Shown here piece by piece: positions 52,930 to 64,000 of a stretch of 64,000 bases of DNA. The stretch covers positions 44,268,001 through 44,332,000 of the forward strand of contig NC_043000.1 in the NCBI RefSeq assembly GCF_006345805.1, given 5' to 3'. The notes under the pieces were generated by a model, which saw only the letters and a program-made list of their open reading frames with translations, was not told the DNA's origin and did no database searches. Both the position numbers and the translations under genes were made by a program. Positions within the stretch are counted from its first letter, which is position 1. Every line of letters starts with the position of its first letter. This stretch comes from Octopus sinensis. Its lineage: Eukaryota.

Positions 52930-55289
52930 TCTATATATATGATACTCACACGCACATACACTCACACGTGCACACACACGTGCACACACACATACACACA
53001 CACGCACATATATGCATACAAAGTTGAAAATTCGTCAGAAACTTCCTTTTTATATATGGGTGTATCTTTTCAGTGATTAAAGAACATTTAAATTTAGAGC
53101 TAAAACAGAAAGGAGTTTATTCCATGTGAGAATGTGTTTGATGACTATAAACAGAAATATAAAAATACATTCCCACCAAATAAATAATATACTACAATTG
53201 AAAATGCATTCGTATACTTATTCCTAATGTGAGTTTGATAAGTATAACTCATAGAAATATATAACGTAATTGAAAAGCATAGAAAGGAAAAAATATATAA
53301 AGCCACATGTTATTTCGTCCCTTTTATATAGAAAACAGATTTGAAGGTATAAATATTTGAGATTTGTGGCTATTTTTGTTGGTAAGGAAATAAGGAAAAC
53401 GTAATAGTTTACCAATAAACATGGAATACTTCACGAATTTCCGTGTCGTCCTTGTGCAGGGCCCATGGTAATATGCTTCTCATTCTAAATTTAGGAATGT
53501 TCTGATAAATATTCATATAGTGGAAAGTTTGAAATGTGCGTCTCCTTCTGCTGAGTTGAGAATTCTTACTTCGAGGTTAATTTCATAGACTCAATCGAAA
53601 ACTCTTGAAATGGAGTTGTTAAAGCTAACGCTGACCGAATGACAATACTCGTAACAAATTCAGTTTCCAGTACTGCCTTAAAACTTATCTCAAATCGCAG
53701 ATCTGGACTTTTTAAATTGATTGGTTTCAGCTAAATGGTCCATAAAATCCCAGAAAGGGGAGTTAAAGAGTTCAACAAGAAATCAAATTTTGTTAAGCCT
53801 CGAATCGGACAACGGCGAGAATTCGAATTCCGAACAAATTGATTAGAAGCAACGACATAAAACAATGTCCCCATCAAAAGCCCGATTCTGCCTGTCCACT
53901 ACAGAGTACTAATAATTTACTAGTATCTCAAATAATAATGTCAGGCATATGAACCCCGGTGAATATTGATATTAATATGTAATTAATCGTAAATAATAAA
54001 TCATGGCATTACGTTCGATGTTTTTGCCACACTGCTAACTGTACGATATTAATAACAACTTTAGAAGATTAGACGAAAACGGGATTAACTAATACAGAGT
54101 TTTATCTTCGGTTATGCAGCCGAGTTAAACCAGTCGTATTTTGACGATTAAGTCGAGAAACCTCAATATGTTTCTGTTAAGGTTTTCAATGTAATGTTGT
54201 AATCTTTTCCTCGTGCGTGTTTTGTTTGTCTATTGATACTTCAAATCTATAACGTCAATGGCTCTGTAATCTATCATATCTGTGCCTATAAACATTGACA
54301 CAATAATCTTTTATTCATATGTGAACATAGGGTTTAAATTATAAAAAATTAGTTCATTAATAATATAATTATAGTTAGTTTCTTCTCGCGCCTCTTAATT
54401 CTTAAAATTTAGGTTTTATCAGTTTAGGAAAATGTATTATTCCTGATTAGACTTGAAAAGATACTCATGTGTTATAAATTAATTAGAATGCTTGACAATC
54501 AATCGAAATAATAGGGTACTATCTGATAACATACTAAAAGCACGTAGAATGGTGTTGAAGCAATTAAAGGTATTATTCGAAGGCAGGAATAATCTCTCTA
54601 AACGGATGCTGCACAGTTTTATTCTGCCGCAATTTTCCATGCAACATTGATCCATTCGATGAAAGGATAGATGAGTGTAATCGAATATGAATCCATGTAG
54701 TTATGGAATATATTTCTTCCAAATCGATTATTAATCATATAACAAAATCTCTGTCGCTCGTTTCTGATAGTGAGCTATATACGTGTCTCTTGAAACCCAC
54801 TTACCTATATCTATCTAGTCACACGTAGCTATTGAAAGGTGTGACTTAGCCTTGCACAGATGTATTCTATTCTGCTTAATTAACAAAATTTTCATGTAGT
54901 TGAAGTCTCACATTACATACGCTTAAAGTTGTGGAATTTGCATAGATATAAAAAAATGTTTCACTTTAAAAGTATGAAGAACATAAATTTTGTACCTCCT
55001 AAAAGTGGATCATTGTAATTATCTCATAATGAATATGGAACATTTTTGGTCATCATTTTTGGTTAGTTTGTACCGCAGAGATTATTGGTATGCCTACAAT
55101 ATAATTCTCATTTCCAATGTAAAAAGTACAGTTATTTGAAACTATACTGCGTGTTGAATATGCAAAGAGAATACTTATTCTCATAGTGAACATAGTTAAC
55201 GAAATAACGTCCTCACACGTCTTCTACAATCCTTTCTACTTCCGAAATATCATATTTATGTGCAACGTACTTTAAAGTCTGCATCTCTT

Positions 55290-56310
55290 TCATATCTTGC
55301 CGGGTGTTATCCAGATACTCGAGGCAAAATTTGGTAACACGCATACGTAACAGACAATTGGTTTATAGCCGTCGCCCTAGGGCATAAGCAAAGCAGTAGA
55401 TATCTTTGCAAGTTATTTAAATTGATAATGCTCATCTCACCGAATGTACAGCGCCACTCAGCAGTATTTTCTGCATTTCCTGCAAAGGTAGCCTTCCAGG
55501 TACCTGTTGCAAAAATTTTATTGTTTCCTTTTTTATCAATCTAATTATACTGAGTATACTGCATGACTTGAGATGCCACCTTTTCTGAATTTCAATAAGA
55601 AAACCTTTACATTTATGGTTTGATCCTATTCCTCGTATAACTTATATTGGTAACATGTTACTTCCTTTAACCTTAGATATTCACAAGTTGTCAATAAGCT
55701 TCCAAGCACTTCTTATGATCTTTTCTGTTCATAAAAGGAAATTTTCTGTAGATTTACAGTATTTTCCACTTCAATCTCCTTAAACAATATGTCTGTATCA
55801 TTACTCACAGTCCCTGACGCATGAATTATTACAGGTAAAGCCTTTACAGATTTCATATTCCGAATTCTATCAATCTTAATTTTAAAGTTTTTTAAAAGTG
55901 CTTTTTACTTCACAATCCAGGAATCAATGGGCCATAATAAATCAATCAGTAAATTATTTTTGATATATCTAGCTTGTTACTCTCTATTTTCTTATATGTT
56001 TTAATTGGGAAATCCCATACAACATTGCATTTTTCATACTCAAGCATCCTTTAACCCGATGATATTACCAAATCCTTGCATCTTCAAACTTTCATTTAGG
56101 GCAACTTAGCCATGCTTCATTTCTTATATTCTCCCAGCGCAAACGTGGCACATTCTGGAACAATGCATGGCCTTGTTTCGTCTCAAATCCGCATAGTCTA
56201 CGCTTCGCTGATATATTCTCTCCACGAGCATATTTTCTCGAGTGACTTGCCTGTAACGTTGGATACTGAACTGATATAATATTCCTCTCCATTTTTCAAA
56301 TGAGCCCAAC
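55290..56310 (-). mobile_element. R4/Dong-like non-LTR 3' fragment, copy 4
   Basis: Minus strand: ENISAKRRLCGFET, VVWDFPI, EIQKRWHLK, QQVPGRLPLQEMQKILLSGAVHSVR*ALSI*. Confidence 0.8.
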
Positions 56311-56369
56311 CAACTCTGACCCTAACCCTAACCCTCACACTAACACAAACTCTAACTCTTACCAAATGC

Positions 56370-56490
56370 TGCAGTTGACTTTGGAATTCATTCTTTTCTG
56401 GTCAATAAATAAGCACTGAGATCGATGTGACTTGCTCGTTCTCCCATACTTTCAAGCCGTGTGTCTATAATAAAAATGATTATTATCCTT
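56370..56490 (+). mobile_element. Degenerate 3' fragment of the second SINE family
   Basis: ggtcaataaataagcactgagatcgatgtgac...gccgtgtgtctataataaaaatgattatt. Confidence 0.45.
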
Positions 56491-58654
56491 ATTATATAAT
56501 TCACAAGAACTCCATTACGACAATTTGGACAATATGACAATGTTGGGCATAATGATTCTTATGACAATGGAGAGGATGAGATAACGCGAAGATAATTTAT
56601 CTCCTTTAATGTCAGCAACGTTTTGTCAACTATAAAGCTATTAATTGTTTATATACAGCATCCTGTATGAATATTCACCAGCTCTTATTCTAATATATTC
56701 ATCTACTGTTCCTCGATTCGAACCCATTTAATTTTAGACTGCTTTTTCTCTCTTAGATTTTATACACCTTATTGCATATTTTACGGTCTCTTTCATAATT
56801 TTCAAAACATTCACACGCGCACAGAAACATTCACACCGCTTTCTCTTCTATTTAACACTCGTTCATTTGTAAGCCTACAAGATCATTTGCAGAAAGTAAA
56901 TTCAGTCTGTGGGCATGTTTCCCTCAAATTAGTTTCAAAACAAAACTCTATCAGTAAAAGTAGCTGCTCGAATGTAAGCTAGAAAGCCAAGGAATTCGAG
57001 TTTCTTTAAAGAACCCATTTGGTTTACAGAAGGAAATAATGAACGAATAAATCTATTAATTATTTATTTTGAAAACTAGTTTTTTCAATGGGTGAATTAC
57101 AAAAGTAATTGTAAGACGATATTGTCTTTTTCTTAGGATTCTGTACGTTTCTTTGAGACTTGAGAATGGGTTCAGTGATTTAAAAAGATTAATTCGCTGC
57201 ACATTGAGCAGTACTCTTGTCACGTATAATAAATACATCTACACGTTCCACGGCAATGTACTCCGGTTAACTGAAGAAGATTTACTGTAACTGCTTAGCA
57301 TAATTAATCTAATAATGTAGTAATGTGTAGTCATATGTAGCTAAAGTGAAAATGAAAATACAGTATTGTGTAGCCAAAGCCATTTTTATTATTTTACAAT
57401 TTTTATTTTAAAATGTTATTTACTGTCGCATTTCGAATACTTCGATATGTAGCAAAAGAAATGCATTGCATAGAAATTTAATATATCAAAAATATATTAA
57501 CTCTTGTATTTTGTTTCATGAAATAATAAAACTTTCAAGAATCGCGCAGTAATAATGTGATCACATCCTTGTCAGTGTTATCCAAGTAAACCTATTGTCA
57601 AAACTATCAGCCATGTGTATCTCATATTATTTACATTCTACGTCCTTAAAACGTCCAACATTACTTGGGCGAGATTAAAAATATTTATCATCTCATCCTG
57701 CAGCAATGTGAAGGTTTCTTGGGTAGAAGACAAACGAATTAGCGACCTGTGTTACCAATGCACATGAATTAAATTTCCAGCTACTGGAAAACGATTGGCA
57801 AAATATATGCGAAATTGTTTATATTCTTTCAAAAAGTGTTCCATAGGAATTCTGAAGAAGGCAATTAACTGCAACATCGAGTTCACTTAAATCTGAGTAG
57901 TTAGCAGTGCGTCGTTTAAATTATCAAGGTAGAGCAATACATGTCATGTCTTTGTGCCAATAGACACAAGTGAACTCTTTTAACAAAATAATATAAATAA
58001 ATTTTGGTACACTAATTGTTAATATTTTCAAATTCTTTATTTATCTGCGAGACGCCAATAATTGACCCAATATGTGCAGTTATTGCATTTAAGCAATCAG
58101 AATGGTACAATATTGTGGAAAAAAGCGAAGAGGATTCAATTTTTTGTGCATTGACATGTATTTATCTCTACATTAAAATTCGTTTAAAATATTTATAAAA
58201 CGCTTCCCAGAATTATCTGCGTCGCGGCAAGGCTGTTATCTTTGTAGCGGGTCCAGCCGGTGTACGTATTCACATACAGTTTCCTGAATAAATAACCCAA
58301 TAGGGTCGGCAACATCCTTCATAAGATCCCATGGATACATGGAATAATAAGTTGTTATGCCTTTAAGCAAATAACCTTTATCATGAAACACGATTGAATT
58401 TTAGCTTTCAAAATTATACCTATATCGTGGTCACTAACTCTGGTTAATAACGTTTTTATAAGAGATCATATAAACTATTAAGTTATTACCAATTAAAAAT
58501 CATACAGCATATAAGGGAGTTTTATTTGATGGATTGGCAAAATTGCCAGACAAAAACAATTTACGATATTTAATCACGTTCTTTTAGTTTATTATTTACT
58601 AATATCAGTTGAGATTATCGTAGACTAAGAAAATGCTCTCAAAGAATGTAACCA

Positions 58655-59801
58655 AATAGGGTTTATTTTTCAACAGAGTCCCCTTTGTGGTCTACACACT
58701 TCTTCGACTGATATTGAAGTTCATGGAATCCATTACTGAAGAAGCTTTCATTCCGTTTATCAAAGACTTCATCAGCAGATGATATGGCGTGATCATCACT
58801 GCCATATGATTCTCAGCCAGGTGTTGATTTTCATGTTGCGTAATAATGGATGGTCTGGTGGGGGTCTAAGTTAGAGAATACGGTGGCTGAGCAATCAGTT
58901 CAAAGATACAGCCACGCACAATAGTCATTGAAAACTAGCACTTCCGTGCTTGACTATTGTCCTGATGAAAAAAGTTATTCTGTGCATTTGGCATTGATTG
59001 CCTTTCGTAATTTCCTCAGCATATTGGCAAAGTGCTCTCCATTGATAGCCTGACCGCTTTGAATATAGTCAATGAACAATGCCTTTTGCATCCCATAATC
59101 TAAGGCCACCATCTTCCCTGTTGGTGAAAATAACTTGGCCTTCATCTGAGCTGCTGCAGAGAACTGTTTTCACTGCATGTATTGTCTTTTTGTCTCTGGC
59201 TCAAAGTGATGAATCCAACACTCATTTTGATTTAGGAAACGATCAAAGTATCCAGCTGGAACTGCCTCAAAGTATGTCATATTTTCACGTGATATAATCA
59301 ACTAGGTGTCCTTTTGATCAGGTGTCAGAGAACGTAGCAACCTGCAAGAAGAAACCTTTGTCATACCGAGTTCACTGTTCAAAATATTCTCACCTCTCTC
59401 ACGTGATATACTAGCGGCATTGGCTGTTTCATTTGAAGTGAATCGCCTGTCACTGATCAACATGTTGTGAACATGATCGTGTATCTTTTCGTTGTTGGTA
59501 GTAGCAGCACGTGCAGAACTTAAGTCATCTACCCCCACTAAATTAAGCTGCCCACTTATTCACAGTTAACAAGTCTGAACGAACATCCCCTTTCTGCGGT
59601 GGCTTGATAACACCACGATACTAAATTGTGTCTATTTTGAAGAGACACCTCTAGCAGACTCTTCTGAAGTCCTTTTTAAATAGTCAGATGTCACTTTACC
59701 TGATCGGAAACAATGTAATTCTTACATAGAGTAGGTGGAATTAATGCATACAAGATTTCACAGCTCTAGCATTATTTCCTAATAGTCAGCCCAGCCTCGT
59801 A
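58655..59801 (-). mobile_element. Mariner transposon relic
   Basis: Right end ...cagcccagcctcgTA (TACGAGG-type TIR). Minus strand: MGVDDLSSAR, ECWIHHFEPETKRQ, a PYS..TP motif, and FFSNGFHEL..S.KCVDHKGD. Confidence 0.88.
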
Positions 59802-62170
59802 AATCCTACATTTCATTAATGAGTGTCGTTCAAATTAATTTAAATCGAGTAGTGGACCGATGTACCTGACTATAGAATAATGTACATTCCATGCCCAATC
59901 AAGAGTTTGATAGTAGTTAATTGTCGAGATTCAGCTTTGGGAAATTTACGGTTGGCGTACCTGAGTGGAAGTTTATCTTAAGCGTCTTTTGACAAAGAAA
60001 GCTTCAAATTTTACCTTTTTCCAAGCCAATAAGTATCATATGTCCTCCGCCCGTAATTTATCAACACCTTTCTCAATTAGATAGTTGTTCAGCTCCCTTA
60101 GAATTGAACAGTAATCACATATAGTAATATAATTTCGCTACTATTCTGTGGCATAATAAATCAGTAATGCATCGCTCACATCTATACATGTACGTCCGGT
60201 CCATTTGTAATAAAAGCGTTTACATTTACACTGGGTACACTGATTGAGAATATCTCACGTCACCTCCTTGAACATAAATTAGCTGATTTATATTTCATTT
60301 GTTACCTATGAACCTCTCAGTGACCCCAGCAACCAAATTGGTATCACGTACATGCATTTGTCAAATTTAAGCAGGAACTAACATAAATATATCTAGTTAT
60401 TTGTTAGAACACCTTCAAAAACCATTTCGCAATAAAAAAACTTAATATTTGTTAAGTCTAGATGCATTTTGCTGATGCGCTCTCTTTCTCTCTTTGTTTG
60501 TCTTTCTCTCTTTGTCTGTCTGTCTGTCTGTCTCTCTCTGTCTCTCTGTCTCTCTCTCTCCAAACACACACACATATAAATATATGTATCTGTATGTGTG
60601 TGCGTGTGTGTAGTGTTTGTATGTATATATAACTATACATATATACTTTTGAATCTACGTGGCATGAATGCCACACCTAGATACATATGGCCAAATTTTA
60701 TTCGCTTATTTTAAATTAAATGATACTCTAGTGCTTTTCAGTGTAGGTTTTATTGCGTTAACTAACCAGCAAGAACAAAAACAGTCAAGTGGATATTAGA
60801 GTAGCAGCTTGTAATTTGTTGGTTCATATAGGTGTTCATACTTTGTTAGTGCTTTAGGCTGTAGAGATAATATATTCTGTTCTGAATTTTCAAAAGTAGT
60901 TATTGAATGTCAATGGTTTTGAATATTTTGATACATTTTAAATCAGATGACAATCAACTTTGCGTCGTTAAATGGAACCAACAAATTAGTTTTACGAAAT
61001 CGGTAATGTTAAAGAATAATATTGATTTCTCTAGGGTTAATACCGATATTTCACACCAATAATATTCGACTGTCAACCCTGAACCAATAGCAACAAATAA
61101 CTTGCCACGGAAATCAGTGAAATTTATTTCTCTTGGGACTACCATTGTTTTATCAGCTCCTCAGAAATAAACTAAATATTTCTCAAAATAACCAGCGCAT
61201 TCAGCACTGATGTTTTCTTCATAGCAGAACACAATAAGATTTTAAATAAATCGATTATATGAACCTCATCAGTTTTTATGATGGTACCGGCCTGTTTGGT
61301 ATCAGGTGAACACTGTAGGTATGTGTAGGCTGAAGCAAACATTTGGTTCCTTATTCTGATTTCCAATGCAAGGTGAATTTGGGAACATTAATCTATATAT
61401 TTGCATATGCTATTTTGTTAATGACAACCTTAATCATAAAATTCCAGAAAACATACACATACACACCCACACGTATGCATCTATCTGCTTGTCTCTCTGT
61501 CTGTCTATCAGAAAATCAATCAGTCTCTGTGTGTGTGTCTGTATGTATGTATGTACATCTTTGTGTAAGTTATAAATGACAACATGCTCATCTCGAGATA
61601 AATGTAACCTAACCTTCGAGTTCATCAACAACAGTGTGATTCACAGACATACCAAAAAGTCAACATTTGCAGTTTTAGATTATTAGTAATGCATACCAAC
61701 TGCTCTATAATTCATGAAGACTGAAAACATAAGAATGTTAATAAATTTATTTGATAGGAAATTTATTTGCATGAAGGTGCATGCGATTTTTCAAAGCTAG
61801 TTCATCTCTTTTCTTTGATAAAGGCCCAAAGCGTATATCCAATTAAAAAAAAAAAAGACGAAAACAGATTTGTATGCTCGGACAGAATTTTAGTAGATGA
61901 TCAATTATTTTTTGGTCCACGAACATTTTAATTTCTATCGTGGTTGTAGACCTTACTTACGTTTCGACTTTATAATTCAAATTCTACGACATTTATTGCA
62001 AACTCCTTACAGCAACATGCTGATAAATGCTTCAGAGGATATTAAATTGATACACAAAATTTCATTGAATACATATGTATGTTGGGAAGCATAAAGTAGA
62101 TTAGACCATTACATTTCGTTCGAAAAATGAAGTGTGTGTGTGTGTGTGCCTGCGTGCTTTTATATATATA

Positions 62171-62224
<54 letters not shown>

Positions 62225-62403
62225 TTATTTATTTATTAGAATGTTTGGAGATGATGTACAGGTATTTTATATTAGAAGAAATGAGGTACTCATAAATTCG
62301 GATGGTTTTATATTTACAGATATTTATTTGTATATTACATGTTTTTATATATCATATATCATATATCATATATCATATATTAGCGCTTTCGTCCATTCTA
62401 GTG

Positions 62404-62461
<58 letters not shown>

Positions 62462-62474
62462 ATGTCTGAACGTT

Positions 62475-62914
62475 ATAGCGTTAATTGTCCATGACGGGTG
62501 GTCTTACCAATCAGTTTCGTGGGAAATTATATAATGGAGTGTTAGGCAATAAAGCAATTTATATAATATATGTTCGTCAGAGATAGCCAACATGGAAAGG
62601 GAAATGGTGCCCGCTCTCCGCTATTGGTGGTGGAAATAAGCTCGACCAGTCGGTGTCTGCTGTGTAAAGGTGGTAGGATGAAAAATGTTCCCGGAGAGTC
62701 AGTTATGTCCCAAGGTTAAGTTTACTGATGAGTTGGAAAAAGTAAAGTTTGAAGAAGGGAAAGATTGTACTTTTTGCCATTCATTCAAAACTCATACATG
62801 CCCTGCTGCCGTCGGTATCTACATATCAAATTTGAGCGCAATCGGATGGAGGATGCCCGAGATCCTAGAAGACACACACGTACAGACAGCCAGAACGGAT
62901 TTTATATAATAGAT
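62475..62914 (+). mobile_element. Non-autonomous Helitron/Lep1-like element
   Basis: 3' end catatcaaatttgagcgcaatcggatg...acacacgtacagacagccagaacggattttatataatagat, typical of such elements; inserted in a TA microsatellite. Confidence 0.5.
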
Positions 62915-62923
62915 ATACACACA

Positions 62924-62995
<72 letters not shown>

Positions 62996-63024
62996 TATAT
63001 ATGTATATATATATATGCACATGC

Positions 63025-63190
63025 ATACGACGGGTTTCTTTCCGTTTCCGTCAACCAAATCGATCTACAATGATTTGGTCGGTCTAGTGATATAGTTGAC
63101 GAAAACACCCAAGATGAAATACAGTTTTCTGAACTCGGAACCATGTGGTTGGGATGAAAAATTTCTTACCACAGAGTCACGCTTACGCCT
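63025..63190 (-). mobile_element. 5' head of a CORE-type SINE, diverged
   Basis: Minus strand: aggcgtaagcgtgactctgtggtaag...ccacatggttccgagttcag. Confidence 0.7.
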
Positions 63191-63324
63191 ATAACAATGG
63201 CACTGAGAGTTTGCATTGCAAAATATTTTAACGAATAGTTATTAGTTACCAAATACATATTGACAATGTAAATTTGGAGCAAATGTTTCTAACTCTTTTT
63301 TCCGGCCCAGTAAGGATTCAATCA

Positions 63325-63497
63325 AATATTAGCGCTATTATATTTTGGCACAAGTCCAGCAATTACCGGACATCAAACCAGAAATGATGTAAGGCAACGT
63401 CGACCCCGATAGCATATGAACTCAGAATGTAAAGTGGAACGAAACGTTGCTAAGCATTTTGCCCTAGGCGGTAACTATTCTGCCATCTCGGCACCCT
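63325..63497 (-). mobile_element. Diverged copy of the second SINE family
   Basis: Minus strand: ggcagaatagttaccgcctagggcaaaatgcttagc...ttctgagttcatatgctatcggggtcgacgttgcc. Confidence 0.7.
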
Positions 63498-64000
63498 ACA
63501 TTTACTTTTAATAATGTTAGCAGATTATTGTTACTTGTAAACTACTATATTTATACAAAGAACGATACAAATGTAGAGTACAAAATTGTTTACACCATAA
63601 GAGTTGACATGCATGGTTTCCAGAATATGGATTGCCAAAATAACCAGCTATTTTTACATAGAAAAAAGTGTTACATGCATAATTTACACAGTCTGAAAGA
63701 AGAAAGAAAGTGAATTGACTTAAACAGCAAATAACATCTACGGACTTATGGCCCTGATTTACTCAAATAGCATAGATAATCCTTCAGGATATATACTGTT
63801 ATTTAAATATACTTATCTGATATGGATTTACTTGCATTCAGTGATAATCATTGCAGAATGTCGGTTGCTGATATATTACCATCTAATCTATGGAAAAACG
63901 TTGTGTTTCTCAAAATGTATTCCGCTATATATTAAATAGCTGAAATCAGAGTAAGGTTTGCAAAGTTGAAGGAAACAATATGTTTCAGATAAGGGATCCA

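Noticed and set aside
55440-55510. Apparent 63-nt exon on minus with cag/gtgag sites
   Set aside because: The peptide is the C-terminus of the R4/Dong ORF (LQEMQKILL...ALSI*), so it is transposon-derived.
61240-61275. CTGATGAG on minus
   Set aside because: No GAAA with paired stems follows.
62724-62770. CTGATGAG ... GAAA spacing
   Set aside because: The intervening sequence is purine-rich with no stem II, and there is no stem I.

Overview
This is an AT-rich, microsatellite-saturated eukaryotic window made almost entirely of decayed mobile DNA. The SINE families and repeat style point to an octopod cephalopod (inference). No intact, recognisable host gene was found, and most ORFs in the track are translated (TA)n/(CA)n/(AAT)n/(CTT)n repeats. 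Recognisable content: (1) about seven Penelope-like element (PLE) relics with RT and/or GIY-YIG motifs from at least two lineages; (2) several inverted or tandem pseudo-LTR-like structures; (3) type I hammerhead ribozyme (HHR) motifs at four loci, namely three copies in a 474-bp tandem/inverted array at 15.0-16.5 kb, one U3-A8 core variant at 12.1 kb, and relics at 2.1 kb and 4.5/5.1 kb; (4) a decayed Gypsy pol; (5) four R4/Dong-like non-LTR 3' fragments, three of them stacked in (AAT)n; (6) a hAT transposase relic, two mariner relics, one Tc1 relic, tRNA-derived SINEs and a Helitron-like piece. The most interesting signals are the HHR-bearing repeats (retrozyme/pLTR candidates) and two PLEs whose GIY-YIG nuclease carries a long low-complexity insertion between its two signature strands. 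A few low-confidence host-exon candidates are listed. All motif readings were done by eye, with no database search.
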